Source: Anaeromyxobacter sp. (GTDB lineage: Bacteria > Myxococcota > Myxococcia > Myxococcales > Anaeromyxobacteraceae). Taken from it: a DNA stretch of 64,000 nt. Shown here piece by piece: positions 33,242-43,748 of this stretch. The stretch covers positions 832,001 through 896,000 of the forward strand of contig JASGJN010000020.1 in assembly GCA_049840735.1 (NCBI GenBank), read 5' to 3'. The translations under genes and the position numbers were made by a program. The notes beneath the pieces were generated by a model. The model had not been told where the DNA came from. It saw nothing but the letters and a program-made list of their open reading frames with translations, and searched no databases. Numbering within the stretch: position 1 is the stretch's first letter; the number at the start of each line of letters is the position of its first letter.

Positions 33242-34616
33242 TTATCCCACCGTGCGCTCGGCCTCAACCGTCACGACGAGGCCCTCCACCGCCACCACCC
33301 GCACCCGGGCGCCGCGCGGGATGGGCCCGAGGCTGCGCGCCTGCCAGTACTCGCCGTGCAGGAACACCTCGCCGCCCTCCGGCGAGAGGTCGGAGAGCGC
33401 CTCGGCGCCGGCCCCCACCAGCCCGGGCGCGCCCACCACCGGCCGCGCCCGGCGGGTGGCGGCCACCTTCCAGCCGGTGAAGAGCAGCAGCGCCGCCGTG
33501 GCCAGCGGCGTGGGCCAGACCACCCAGGGCGAGAGCCGCAGGCCGGCCGGATCGAGCCACTGATCCGGGGCGGCGGTGTCCACGAAGAAGAGCAGCCCCA
33601 GCACCAGGCAGGCGGCGCCGCCCAGCCCGGCCAGGCCGTGGGTGGTGAGGAAGGCCTCCGCCACCAGCAGCCCCACCCCGACCAGCACCAGCAGCACCGC
33701 CCCCACGTTGACCGGGACCACCCGGGTGCCCAGGAACGCCAGGAAGAGCAGCAGCGCGCCGGTGGCGCCCGGGAAGACGGCGCCCGGGTGGTAGAACTCG
33801 ATGCCGATCCCCAGCGTGCCGAGGAGCATCAGCAGGGCCACCACGGTGGGGTCGGCCAGGAAGCCGAACAGCCGCTGCCGCAGCGTGGGGACCAGCGGCT
33901 CGACCACCGCGCCACGCAGCCGCAGCGTCCGCGCCTCGCCGCCGCCCGGGGTCACCTTCCGCCCATCCGCCGCCGCGAGCGCCGCCTGCACGTCACCGGC
34001 GGTGAAGTCCACCACCCGCTCCTTCACCGCCTCGGCGGCGGTGGCGGAGACGCTCTCGCGGACCGCCTTCTCGGCCCAGTCGGCGTTGCGCCCGCGGGCG
34101 GCCGCCACCGAGCGGGCGAAGGCGGCGGTGTCGTTCTCGACCTTGCGGGCCATGTCCTTGCCCGCCTCGGCCTCCACGTCGCCGCCCGAGCCGGTCACCG
34201 GGTGGGCCGCGCCGATGTTGGAGGTGGGGTGCATGGCCGCGACGTCGGCGGCCAGGGTGAGGAAGGTGCCGGCCGAGGCGGCCTGCGCGCCGGCCGGGCC
34301 GACCCAGACGATCACCGGCACCGGGCTGGCCAGCAGGCCCCGCACGATGTCGCGGGTGGAGCGGGAGATCGCCGCCGGGCGTGTCGAGGCGGAGCAGCAG
34401 CGCCTCGTGGCCGCCCTCCCGCGCCCGCGCCAGCGCGGCCGCCACGTACTCGGCGGTGGCGCCGGTGATGACGCCCTCCACGTCCGCCTCCAGCACCCGC
34501 GGCGTGGCCCCGGGCTGCGCACCCGGCTCCCCCGGCCCCGCCAGCGCCAGCGTGGCCAGCGCCAGCGCCAGGAAGGCGGCGGCGCGGCGGAGGGGGCGGA
34601 GCGCGCGGCGGGACAT
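33242..34616 (-). CDS. nfeD: NfeD long-form membrane serine protease, +1 frameshift at ~34364
   Basis: LDTPGG / STRDIV, AASAG, NIGAAHPV, C-terminal OB fold GEVFLHGEYW; adjacent to SPFH; span is 3n+1. Confidence 0.85.
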
Positions 34617-34618
34617 GG

Positions 34619-35473
34619 TCACCTCCCGGGGAGCGGCTTGCCCAGCTCCCGCATCACCAGCTGCAAATCCTCCCAGGCCTTCTTCTTCTCGTCCGGGCTG
34701 CGGAGCAGGTAGGCCGGGTGGAAGGTGGGCATCAGCTTCACGCCCTCGTAGCTGGCCCAGCGCCCGCGCAGGCGCGAGATGGGCGTGGGGTCGCGCAGGA
34801 GGGTCTGGGCGGCGAACTTGCCCAGCGCCACGATCACCTTGGGGCGGATGGCCGAGAGCTGCGCCCGCAGGAACGGCTCGCAGGCGGCGATCTCGTCCGG
34901 CTCGGGGTTGCGGTTCCCGGGCGGCCGGCACTTGACCACGTTCGCGATGTAGACGTCGGCGCGGCGGTAGCCCATGGCCTCGATCATCTTGGTGAGGAGC
35001 TGGCCGGCCCGCCCCACGAACGGCTCGCCCTGCTGGTCCTCGTCCTCGCCCGGCCCCTCGCCCACGAAGACCAGCTCCGCCCGCGGATCCCCCACGCCGA
35101 AGACCAGGTGCTTGCGGCCGCCCGACAGCTTGCAGCGGGTGCAGTCGCCCAGCTCGCCCCGGATGGCCAGGAGGTGCTCGCTCCCGCAGCCCTTGTCGGC
35201 GGTGGTCCAGCGCGAGGCGGCCGCCGCCGGCGCGGCGGGGTGAGCCGCCGTGGCCGCCCCGGCGGGAGGCCCCTCTAGGACGGAAGACGGCGGGGCGACC
35301 GACGCCTCGCCTTCCCGGGAAGGCGCAGCCCCAACCGGCTGTTCGGTGAACGGAAGCGAGCCCGGAGGCGGCACCTCCTCGACGCCCGCGCTGGAGAGCC
35401 AGGCCAGGTGCCGGACCGCCTCGGCCGCGATGGCGGCCACGGCGGAGTTGCGCGTCTGTGCGTCGTCGCTCAC
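34619..35473 (-). CDS. Uracil-DNA glycosylase, family 4
   Basis: [29 protein letters not shown]. Confidence 0.93.
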   Translation of the reverse strand: MSDDAQTRNSAVAAIAAEAVRHLAWLSSAGVEEVPPPGSLPFTEQPVGAAPSREGEASVAPPSSVLEGPPAGAATAAHPAAPAAAASRWTTADKGCGSEHLLAIRGELGDCTRCKLSGGRKHLVFGVGDPRAELVFVGEGPGEDEDQQGEPFVGRAGQLLTKMIEAMGYRRADVYIANVVKCRPPGNRNPEPDEIAACEPFLRAQLSAIRPKVIVALGKFAAQTLLRDPTPISRLRGRWASYEGVKLMPTFHPAYLLRSPDEKKKAWEDLQLVMRELGKPLPGR

Positions 35474-35537
35474 ATCACCCTCTCATCCGTAGGTGCCGTT
35501 GCGACCGGCGCCCTGCGGAACCTAGAATCCATACCCG

Positions 35538-36482
35538 ATGGATCTGAAGCGCCTGCTCGCCCTGCTGGGCCTCGGCACCCTGGCCGCCGCCATCCTGCTC
35601 TGGCCGTCCGACGCCCACGCCTGGGGGCCGCTCGCCCACCTCAGCTTCTCCGCCCAGGCGCTGGCCAACCTCGGCGTGGTGCAGCCCGCCTTCCGCGGCG
35701 TGCTCCAGGAGTTCGGCAACGAGTTCCTGTACGGCTCGCTCGCCGCCGACATCGTGGTCGGCAAGAACATGGCCAAGTACCTGTACCACTGTCACAACTG
35801 GCGCGTGGGCTTCAACGTGTTCAAGCAGGCCAAGCCCGGCGCCGAGCAGGCCTTCGCGCTCGGCTTCATGGCCCACCTGGCGGCCGACACCGTCGCGCAC
35901 AACTACTACGTGCCCTACAAGACGGTGCACTCGTTCCACAAGACCAGCACCCGCCACGCCTACTGGGAGCTGCGCTACGACCAGCGCATGGACCGCGACC
36001 TGTCCAGGCTGGCCAAGCAGGTCTCCACCCGCGCCATCCGCGGGCACGACGCGTTCCTGGCGCGCACGCTCGACAACGCCTCGGTGCTCCCCTTCGGCGT
36101 GTCCAAGCAGCTCTTCCGCTCGCTGCTGGCCAGCGCGCGCATGAGCCGCTTCCACCACGTCTCGCGCCTGGCCCTGGCCCGCGAGCGCAACCTGGTGCTG
36201 GAGCCGGACCTCGTCGTCGAGACCAACGGCCTCGCCCTGGAGGCCATCACCGGCCTCCTGGCCGAGGGCGAGCGCTGCGAGGCCGCGCGCGCCGACGCCA
36301 CCGGCGCCCGCAACATCAAGCTCGCCTCCGACCTGCGCAAGCAGCTCAAGCTGCGCACCGCCAGCAAGCACATCCTCTTCCGCGACGCCGCCGACATCGC
36401 CGCCGAGACGCGCCAGAGCTTCCTCAAGGCCATCCACGGCAAGCTCGTCCTGCCGCCGTCGATCGGGAAGCTGGCGGCGTAG
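35538..36482 (+). CDS. Zinc-dependent phospholipase C family protein
   Basis: Signal peptide then WGPLAH, HLAADTVAHN, HAYWE. Confidence 0.8.
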   Translation: MDLKRLLALLGLGTLAAAILLWPSDAHAWGPLAHLSFSAQALANLGVVQPAFRGVLQEFGNEFLYGSLAADIVVGKNMAKYLYHCHNWRVGFNVFKQAKPGAEQAFALGFMAHLAADTVAHNYYVPYKTVHSFHKTSTRHAYWELRYDQRMDRDLSRLAKQVSTRAIRGHDAFLARTLDNASVLPFGVSKQLFRSLLASARMSRFHHVSRLALARERNLVLEPDLVVETNGLALEAITGLLAEGERCEAARADATGARNIKLASDLRKQLKLRTASKHILFRDAADIAAETRQSFLKAIHGKLVLPPSIGKLAA

Positions 36483-36493
36483 GGCGGGCCCTG

Positions 36494-36542
36494 CCCTTCG
36501 ACTCCGCCGCGGCTTTGCCGCGGCTACGCTCTGGGCGGACGG
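36494..36542 (+). repeat. REP-like family A, copy 1
   Basis: CCCTTCGAC-hairpin-CTACGCTCTGGGCGGACGG; matches the copies at 40067 and 40148. Confidence 0.75.
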
Positions 36543-36562
36543 GGACGGAGAGAGCTCGGCGT

Positions 36563-37780
36563 CTACCCTCGCGGCCGCCTCGCGTCCAGCACCGGCAGGA
36601 TCCACTCGAGGATGGCCGCGGCCACCTCGTGCTTGCTGCCCTCGATCTCGGCCAGCTCCGCGGCCGAGACCAGCGCCACACGGTTCGTGTCCGCGCCGAA
36701 GCCGGCCCCGGGCGCGCCCACCTTGTTGGCCACCACCAGGTCGCAGCGCTTGCGCTTGAGCTTCTCGCGGGCGTTGCCGATCACGTCCTCGGTCTCGGCC
36801 GCGAAGCCCACCAGCACCGGGCCGCCGGGCTTGCCGCCCAGCCGCTCCCCCAGCGCGCCCAGGATGTCCGGCGTGCGGGTCAGCACCAGCGCCTCGTCCG
36901 CCGCGCCCTTCTTGATCTTGTGGCCCGCGGCCTGCGCCGGGCGGTAGTCGGAGACGGCCGCGGCGCCGATGAAGAGATCCATGCCCGGGGCCGCCGCGCC
37001 CACCGCGGCCGCCATCTCCTCGGCGGTCGAGACCCGCACCACCTGCACGCCGTCGGGGTCGGCCAGCTGCGTGGGGCCGGAGACCAGCACCACCTCCGCC
37101 CCGCGCTGCGCCGCGGCCTGGGCCAGCGCGTAGCCCATCTTGCCGGTGGAGGGGTTGGAGATGAACCGGACCGGATCGATGGGCTCGCGGGTGGGGCCCG
37201 CGGTCACCACCACCTTGCGTCCGGCCAGGTCCTGCGCCCCCAGCAGCGCCGCCGCCGCCCGCCCGATCTCCAGCGGATCGGCCAGGCGCCCCTCGCCCAC
37301 GTCGCCGTCGGCCAGCTCGCCGGCCCCGGGGCCGACCACGTGCATCCCGCGCCGGCGCAGCGCCTCGAGGTTCTCCTGCGTGACCGGGTTCTGCCACATG
37401 CGCGTGTTCATGGCCGGCGCCAGCAGCACCGGGCAGGTGGCGGCCAGCACGGTGGTGGTCACCGCGTCGTCGGCCATGCCGGCGCGGATGCGGGCCAGGA
37501 GGTCGGCGGTGGCGGGCGCCACGATGACCAGGTTGGCCATCCGCGCCATGGCCAGGTGGCCGTAGGTGGTCTCGGCGGCCGGGTCCAGCAGGTCGGTGAG
37601 GACCGGCGCGCCGGAGAGCGCCTGGAAGGTGAGCGGGCCCACGAACCGCGTCGCGGCCGGTGTCATGGCCACCCGGACGGTGCCCCTCCCCTTCACCACC
37701 AGGCGCGCGATCTCGCAGGCCTTGTAGGCCGCGATGCCGCCGCCGACGCAGAGCACCACCGTGCGGTTCTGGAAGCTCAT
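36563..37780 (-). CDS. coaBC: Phosphopantothenoylcysteine decarboxylase/ligase
   Basis: GGIAAYK, APAMNTRMW, TAGPTREPIDPVRFISNPSTGKMG, AAVSDY. Confidence 0.96.
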   Translation of the reverse strand: MSFQNRTVVLCVGGGIAAYKACEIARLVVKGRGTVRVAMTPAATRFVGPLTFQALSGAPVLTDLLDPAAETTYGHLAMARMANLVIVAPATADLLARIRAGMADDAVTTTVLAATCPVLLAPAMNTRMWQNPVTQENLEALRRRGMHVVGPGAGELADGDVGEGRLADPLEIGRAAAALLGAQDLAGRKVVVTAGPTREPIDPVRFISNPSTGKMGYALAQAAAQRGAEVVLVSGPTQLADPDGVQVVRVSTAEEMAAAVGAAAPGMDLFIGAAAVSDYRPAQAAGHKIKKGAADEALVLTRTPDILGALGERLGGKPGGPVLVGFAAETEDVIGNAREKLKRKRCDLVVANKVGAPGAGFGADTNRVALVSAAELAEIEGSKHEVAAAILEWILPVLDARRPRG

Positions 37781-37806
37781 GGGCGCGCATCTTAGCCGCT
37801 CCCGTT

Positions 37807-38817
37807 ATGATGCGGCGCTTGAATCCCACCCTGCCCCCCGCGCCGCCCCCCGAGCCGGGCGATCCTGCCGCACCCGCCCCCACTCCGGTGGCCGACCCGG
37901 GCCCGCCCCTCTTCCGCAAGAGCGGGCTGCTCTTCTTCGGCGCGCTGGCCCTGCTCTTCCTGCCGGGCCAGGTGGCGCAGGGGCTGAGCCTTGCGGTGGG
38001 GCTGCCCTGGACGGAGCTGTTCGGGTTGCTGCTGCCGGTCTACGTGGCCACCGCCGGGTCCAACCTGCGCGTGCGGCGCTACCTGGGGCTGCGCTGGCCC
38101 GGGCTGGCGCCGGCGCTGCTGGCCCTCCCGCTGGGCCTGGCCGGCTACGCGGCCGCGCAGGGGGTGGCCCTGGTCTGGCTGCGCGTCTTCCCGCCCGAGG
38201 TGCTCGACCGCTTCAACGCCGCGCGCCTCTTCCACGCCGGTCCGGTCGAGCAGGTGGTGGTGACGGCCAGCGCGGTGCTGCTGGCGCCGCTCTGCGAGGA
38301 GCTGGCCTTCCGCGGCTACCTGCAGCGGACCTTCACGCTCCGGCGAGGCCCGGCGCTGGCGGTGGCCGCCTCGGCGGTGCTCTTCGCGCTGCTCCACCTC
38401 AACCCGGTGCTCTTCCCGTCGCTGGTGGTGCTTGGGCTGGTCTGGGGCTGGGTGAACTGGCGCACCGGCTCGGTCTGGCCGTCCATCATCGCCCACGCGG
38501 TCAACAACGGGCTGGTCTCCGGGCTGGCGCTGGCGCTGCCGGAGCAGGTGGGCGCCCCGGCCGCCGAGCCGCCACCGCTCGCCGCCGCGCTGGTCTGGGT
38601 GGTCGCCGGCACCACGCTGCTCCTGGCCTTCGCGGCGCTGCTCGACCGCTGCGCGCGCCGGCCGCCGCCGGCCGAGGACGCGCTGGAGCTGCGCGACCCG
38701 TCCGACCCGGACCTCGCGTTCCGCAGCCGCCGCGTGCCGCCGCTGGGCATGCTGGGCATCTCGGTGGCGCTGGCGATCCTCTCCGGCCTGTTCTGGTGGG
38801 CCGCGCGCCGCGGCTGA
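37807..38817 (+). CDS. CPBP (CAAX/Abi) intramembrane metalloprotease
   Basis: EELAFRG, FALLH, HAVNN; start uncertain. Confidence 0.88.
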   Translation: MMRRLNPTLPPAPPPEPGDPAAPAPTPVADPGPPLFRKSGLLFFGALALLFLPGQVAQGLSLAVGLPWTELFGLLLPVYVATAGSNLRVRRYLGLRWPGLAPALLALPLGLAGYAAAQGVALVWLRVFPPEVLDRFNAARLFHAGPVEQVVVTASAVLLAPLCEELAFRGYLQRTFTLRRGPALAVAASAVLFALLHLNPVLFPSLVVLGLVWGWVNWRTGSVWPSIIAHAVNNGLVSGLALALPEQVGAPAAEPPPLAAALVWVVAGTTLLLAFAALLDRCARRPPPAEDALELRDPSDPDLAFRSRRVPPLGMLGISVALAILSGLFWWAARRG

Positions 38818-38831
38818 CGGCGCCGGCGGCC

Positions 38832-39431
38832 TCAGCGTCGCGAGGCCAGGAACGCCACCGCCTTGCGGCCCGCCGCGGGCAGGCCGGCCAGCAAGGCGGG
38901 GTCGGCCCCCTCGATCAGCTCCACCCGCCCGCGCGCCCCCAGCGCCGCCGCCACCGCGTCCGCCGGCGGCCCGCCGCGCTCGGGCAGGAGCGCCAGCGCC
39001 GTCGCCGGCGCCTGGTCCGGAATGACGTCCGGCGCGAGGAGCACCACCCGGTCGATCTCCGGGTGCGCGCGCGAGAGCGCGAAGGCCAGCCGCCACCCGC
39101 CGCCCACCGCCGCCAGCGCGATCCGCCCGCCGGCGGTCTGCGCCAGGTGCTCGTGCGCGGCCTCGGCGTCCTCCAGCGCCCGCTCCGGCGCGGGGGAGCC
39201 GGTGGAGGCCCCCACCCCCCGGAGCTGGAACCGGAGCGACGGGTGGCCGGCGCGGGCGGCGGCCCAGGCCAGCTCGGCCACCGCCGCCTCGTCCATGCCC
39301 CCGCCCGGGCCAGGCGGAGGGATGACCAGCAGCGCGGGGAGCTGTGCCCCGCGGTGGTAGAGCCCCTCCAGCGTGGCATCGCCGGCGGGGATGAGCGCCG
39401 GTCGCTCGAGATACTGGCCAGCCAGGACCAT
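38832..39431 (-). CDS. Alpha/beta hydrolase-fold protein
   Basis: GGGMD, LRFQLRGVGASTG; nucleophile elbow degenerate (AVGGG). Confidence 0.7.
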   Translation of the reverse strand: MVLAGQYLERPALIPAGDATLEGLYHRGAQLPALLVIPPPGPGGGMDEAAVAELAWAAARAGHPSLRFQLRGVGASTGSPAPERALEDAEAAHEHLAQTAGGRIALAAVGGGWRLAFALSRAHPEIDRVVLLAPDVIPDQAPATALALLPERGGPPADAVAAALGARGRVELIEGADPALLAGLPAAGRKAVAFLASRR

Positions 39432-39508
39432 CCCGGCGATGTTAGCCGGACCGCCTGGGGTACCGCACGGGCCCGTGGCCGGTTAATGGGTACTGCCAGG
39501 AGATCGAC

Positions 39509-40054
39509 TTGAACCGCACCCGCCCCGCCCTCGCCTTCGCCCTGCTGGCCGCCCTGGCCGTCGCCCCTGGCCCCGCCGCGGCGCGCGGCCCGTCCACGCC
39601 GCAGGAGCGCCAGCGCGCCCTCAAGCTCACCCGGCAGCTGGAGCGCCAGCCGCTCTCCGACGACGCGAACAGGGACCGGCGCTGGCTGGTGCAGTGGATC
39701 GCGGAGATCCCGGACATCAACGTGCGCAGCTGCTCCGGCCCGCTGGACGGCCTGCTGGCGGACGACGGGAGCAAGCACGGGAAGGCGCTCTACGCGCAGT
39801 CGATCTTCGGCATGGCCGCGTTCCTGATCGAGCACCCGCGCGACAAGGACGACTGGCTCTCGGTGCAGACCGCCGGCGTGGAGAGCACGCTCAAGGCCTA
39901 CAAGGCGATGGTGGACGCCGACCCGTCCACGCGCTGGGAGGAGCTGGACCAGCTGCTCGAGCTGCGCGCCCGCGGCCGGCTCAAGGACGTGCTGGAGCTG
40001 GCCATGCGCGATTGCGGCGACGCGACGGCGCCGGGGCCGGGGGACGCCATCTGA
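39509..40054 (+). CDS. Hypothetical exported protein
   Basis: Signal peptide, GGAG RBS, host-like codon usage. Confidence 0.7.
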   Translation: MNRTRPALAFALLAALAVAPGPAAARGPSTPQERQRALKLTRQLERQPLSDDANRDRRWLVQWIAEIPDINVRSCSGPLDGLLADDGSKHGKALYAQSIFGMAAFLIEHPRDKDDWLSVQTAGVESTLKAYKAMVDADPSTRWEELDQLLELRARGRLKDVLELAMRDCGDATAPGPGDAI

Positions 40055-40066
40055 GCGGGACCCTGG

Positions 40067-40194
40067 CCTTCGACTTCGGGCCGCTTCGCGGCCCTACGCT
40101 CAGGCCGAACGGTTGAAGCCCGGAGCGCGGGGTCCTGATCCTCGCGGCCGTTCGTCCTGAGCGTAGCGGCGGGTAGCGCCGCGGCGTCGAAGGG
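40067..40194. repeat. REP-like family A, inverted pair (copies 2 and 3)
   Basis: 40067-40112 CCTTCGAC..CTACGCTCAGGCCGAACGG and 40148-40194 reverse copy CCGTTCGTCCTGAGCGTAG..GTCGAAGGG, between convergent genes. Confidence 0.8.
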
Positions 40195-40199
40195 CGCCC

Positions 40200-41429
40200 C
40201 TACCCTCTCCGCAGCACCAGCGTCTTGAGGTACCGCCCCTCGGGGAACTGCAGCGACACCGGGTGGTCGGGCGGCTGGCGGGTCTCGCGCACCAGCGCGA
40301 GGTCCACCCGCGCCTTGAAGGCCGCCTCCTTCACCGCGTCGGAGAAGGCCTCGGCCGAGACGCGGGCCGAGCAGCTGCAGGTGACCAGCAGGCCGCCCGG
40401 GGCCAGCACCGCCAGCGCGGCGCGGTTGAGCGAGGCGTAGCCGGCCAGCGCGCCCTCCACCGCCTTCTGCGACTTGGCGAAGGCGGGCGGGTCGCAGACC
40501 ACCAGGTCGAAGCGGCGCCCCTCCTTCTTGTAGCGGGCCAGGAGGTCGAAGCAGTCCTCGGTGGCGAAGGCGTGGTCGGCCGCGTCCAGGCCGTTGGCGC
40601 GGAAGTTCTCGCGCGCCAGCGCGATGGCGTCGCGGTCCACGTCCACCGAGACCACGTGCTTCGCGCCGCCCAGCGCGGCCGCCACCGAGAAGCCGCCGGT
40701 GAAGGAGAAGAGGTTGAGCGCCTCGGGGCGCCCCGCCGCCAGCTGGCGCACCAGGGCGCGGTTCTCGCGCTGATCGAGGAAGTGGCCGGTCTTCTGCCCC
40801 CGGCGCACGTCCACCAGCACCACCATCCCGCCCTCGTCGATGGCGATCCGCTCCGGCGGCTCGGCGCCCCACAGCACCCGGCCGGCCGGCGCGCCGCCCT
40901 CCTCCTCGTCGTCGTCGCGGGGGATCTCGTCGCGGCCGAAGACGCCGGCCAGCCCCTCCACCTCGGCCCGCAGCGCCTCCACGATGGCGGCGCGGTGCGG
41001 GGTGAGCCCCGCCGAGTAGAGCTTCAGCACCGCGAACCGGTCGTAGCGGTCCACGATCACGCCCGGCAGCCCGTCGGCCTCGCCGTGCACCAGCCGGTAG
41101 CCGGTGGTGCCCTGCACCAGCTCGCGCCGCAGCTGGACGGCGCGCGCCACCCGGCGCCGCCAGAAGGCCGCGTCGATCACCTCGGCCGGCTCGCGGGTGA
41201 GGATGCGGACCGAGATGGCCGAGTGCGGGTCGAAGTAGCCGCGGGCCACGAAGCGCCCGTCGTCCGTCACGTCCACGATGGCGCCGGCCGGCAGCCGCCC
41301 CGGCGCGCGATCCACCGCCCGCCGGAAGACCCAGGGGTGGCCGGCCTTCAGGTGCCGGGCCAGGTCCTTGCGGAGCGGGAGGGCCGCCTCCACCCCCGCC
41401 GCCACCGGGTTCCGCCGCACGTCGCTCAT
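40200..41429 (-). CDS. RlmI-family class I SAM-dependent rRNA methyltransferase
   Basis: GHPWVF (PUA), GEADGLPG, GQKTGHFLDQRENR, LNLFSFTGGF, DPPAF, TCSCS. Confidence 0.9.
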   Translation of the reverse strand: MSDVRRNPVAAGVEAALPLRKDLARHLKAGHPWVFRRAVDRAPGRLPAGAIVDVTDDGRFVARGYFDPHSAISVRILTREPAEVIDAAFWRRRVARAVQLRRELVQGTTGYRLVHGEADGLPGVIVDRYDRFAVLKLYSAGLTPHRAAIVEALRAEVEGLAGVFGRDEIPRDDDEEEGGAPAGRVLWGAEPPERIAIDEGGMVVLVDVRRGQKTGHFLDQRENRALVRQLAAGRPEALNLFSFTGGFSVAAALGGAKHVVSVDVDRDAIALARENFRANGLDAADHAFATEDCFDLLARYKKEGRRFDLVVCDPPAFAKSQKAVEGALAGYASLNRAALAVLAPGGLLVTCSCSARVSAEAFSDAVKEAAFKARVDLALVRETRQPPDHPVSLQFPEGRYLKTLVLRRG

Positions 41430-42751
41430 CGCCGCTCCTGCCTGCGCCCCGGGGCGGCCGGGCTGCGCCGCTCGGTCCGGGATCTCGAGAAGTTGCCCAC
41501 CACCAGCCCGGGCCGCGCCGCGCGCAGCGCCCGCACCAGCGCCGGGATGCCCAGCGCCGGGCCCGCGCCGCCCTTGCCGCGCGCCAGGGCCAGGTACACG
41601 TCGGGGTCGATGGCCAGCGGGCGGGTCTGCACCTGGTCCACCTGCGCGCCCGCCACCAGCGCGCAGAGCCGGCGCACCTCGCCTTCACGGTCGGTCACGC
41701 CGGGGAAGGTGAGCAGGTTGAGCGCCACGTAGGCGCCCCTGCGCCGGGCCAGCTTGGCGGAGCGGATCACGTCCGGCAGCGCGTAGCCGGTGGGCCGGTA
41801 GTAGGCCGCGTAGAGGTCGGGCGAGGCGCTGTTGAGGGAGATGCGGACCGAGTCCAGGCCAGCGTCGAGCAGCTCGCCCAGCGCCTCGGTGAGCGAGCCG
41901 TTGGTGTTGGCGTGGATGGAGCCGCGGCGGGTCCGGGCGCGGACGAGCCGGATGGCCTTCACGATCTCCTTCCAGCGCGTCAGCGGCTCGCCCTCGCACC
42001 CCTGGCCGAAGCTGACCATCACGCGGCCGGTGGCCGTCTCGAGGTGGCGGACGGCCAGGTCGGCCATCTCCTCGGCGGTGGGCGGGCGGGTGATGCGCTC
42101 GTGGGAGGAGGGGGGCATGCCCTCCTCCGACTCGGACAGGCAGCCGACGCAGGCGGCGTTGCAGGAGGCGGAGGACGGGATGGCCCCCTCGTCGCGGCCG
42201 TAGAAGGTGTTCTGGGCGGTGAAGCAGCGCCACTCCAGCGCGCAGCGCGAGAGCTGGCGGTAGATGGGGTTGCCGGTGGACACCAGCGCCGCCACCCGGC
42301 CCGGCAGGTCGGGGGTGTTGTGGCAGGAGGGGTCCCAGTGGCCGCGCCGGTCGGTGCGCAGCGCCCAGACCACCGGGCCCTGCTCGCCCCAGCCGGCCGC
42401 CGTGTAGGCCCACTGCGGCAGGACCGGCGTCTCGGCCACCGCGGCGAGCGGCGGGCGGGCGGCCGCCGGCAGGAGCGTCCGCGTGAAGCCCGGCGGGAGG
42501 GTCGCGCCCACGGCGTGCGGCACCACGCGCCTGCGCCCGAGCTTCACCTCCCGCAGCACCACCTGCTCCCCGGTGGCCGGGTCCACGCCCACCGGCCGCC
42601 GCCCCGGCAGGAGGCACAGGGTGGCGCCCTCCGGGAGCGGCAGCGGGCGGCCGCGCGCCAGCGAGATCTCGTCGCCGCTGCGGGCGGCGGCGAGGAGCTC
42701 GGGGTGGTCGTACACCGTCCCGCGATCGTCGGCGAAGAGGAGCCTGGGCAT
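41426..42751 (-). CDS. Radical SAM protein of unknown function
   Basis: CNAACVGC, SFGQGCEGEP, NTNG, RISLNS; ATGA overlap with the methyltransferase gene. Confidence 0.88.
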   Translation of the reverse strand: MPRLLFADDRGTVYDHPELLAAARSGDEISLARGRPLPLPEGATLCLLPGRRPVGVDPATGEQVVLREVKLGRRRVVPHAVGATLPPGFTRTLLPAAARPPLAAVAETPVLPQWAYTAAGWGEQGPVVWALRTDRRGHWDPSCHNTPDLPGRVAALVSTGNPIYRQLSRCALEWRCFTAQNTFYGRDEGAIPSSASCNAACVGCLSESEEGMPPSSHERITRPPTAEEMADLAVRHLETATGRVMVSFGQGCEGEPLTRWKEIVKAIRLVRARTRRGSIHANTNGSLTEALGELLDAGLDSVRISLNSASPDLYAAYYRPTGYALPDVIRSAKLARRRGAYVALNLLTFPGVTDREGEVRRLCALVAGAQVDQVQTRPLAIDPDVYLALARGKGGAGPALGIPALVRALRAARPGLVVGNFSRSRTERRSPAAPGRRQERR

Positions 42752-42954
42752 GGTGGCCCGCCCGGGCGCCGGAGCGCAGCCCAGGGGGACCGGGTTCTTA
42801 CCACGCCCGCGCCTGCCCGCCACCCGGGCTTCGCGCCCCAAGCTCCGCCCCGTAGGCGGGTGCAGCCCCGCGCGGCGATCTGCTAGAATCCCGTGTAGTT
42901 ACCGTACGCTTGGTGGCAGCCACTCCGGGGGGGCCGGGGGGCGCCCGCCCGGCG

Positions 42955-42980
42955 GGAATCGGACCGGGCCCGAGACCGTT
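42955..42980 (+). promoter_or_regulatory. Putative autoregulatory ECF (SigR/SigH-type) promoter GGAAT-N18-GTT
   Basis: GGAAT at 42955-59, 18-nt spacer, GTT at 42978-80, 77 nt upstream of the sigma gene. Confidence 0.6.
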
Positions 42981-43057
42981 CTACCCTCAGCCGGGGAGCA
43001 CGGCGCGGAGGCCTGCGGTAGAAGTAGCTTGAGCAGGAAGGAAGCCAGACGTCCCTC

Positions 43058-43696
43058 ATGTTCGACCTCCGCCACAACGACCTGACCCGCGACGAGTTCC
43101 AGGAGCTCGCGCTCAAGCACATCGACCCGCTCTACTCGGCGGCCCTGCGGCTCACCAAGAACGACCGCGACGCCGAGGACCTGGTCCAGGACACGTTCCT
43201 GCGGGCCTACCGCTTCTTCGACAAGTTCGAGCGCGGCACCAACATCAAGGCCTGGCTGTTCAAGATTCTCACCAACACGTTCATCAACCGGTACCGCCGC
43301 TCGGTGAAGGAGCGGAACATCGTCGAGGGCACCGAGCGCGACGCCGTGCACGAGCGGTTCGTCTCCCGCGACGCCGCCGAGTACGCCGCCAACCCGGAGC
43401 AGTACTTCTTCGACCGGCTCCTCTCCGACGACGTCCTCAAGGCGGTGGACTCCCTCCCAGTGGACTTCCGGATGGTGGTGATCCTGGCCGACCTGCAGGA
43501 GTTCTCGTACAAGGAGATCGCCGAGATCCTGGACGTGCCGGTCGGCACGGTGATGAGCAGGCTCTACCGTGGCCGCCGGCTGCTGCAGAAGGCGCTGGCC
43601 AGCTACGCCGTGGTGGCGGGCGTCCTGCAGGACCCAGGTGACGGCGAGAGCATCGACCTGGAGGCCTACCGCCGCCGCCGCGGCAAGTCGGCCTGA
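43058..43696 (+). CDS. ECF sigma factor (SigR/SigH-like)
   Basis: [59 protein letters not shown]. Confidence 0.93.
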   Translation: MFDLRHNDLTRDEFQELALKHIDPLYSAALRLTKNDRDAEDLVQDTFLRAYRFFDKFERGTNIKAWLFKILTNTFINRYRRSVKERNIVEGTERDAVHERFVSRDAAEYAANPEQYFFDRLLSDDVLKAVDSLPVDFRMVVILADLQEFSYKEIAEILDVPVGTVMSRLYRGRRLLQKALASYAVVAGVLQDPGDGESIDLEAYRRRRGKSA

Positions 43697-43748
43697 GCCG
43701 TCCCGTCCCCGGAACCCCGCGATGCCGATCGACACGCTCACCGCCGCC

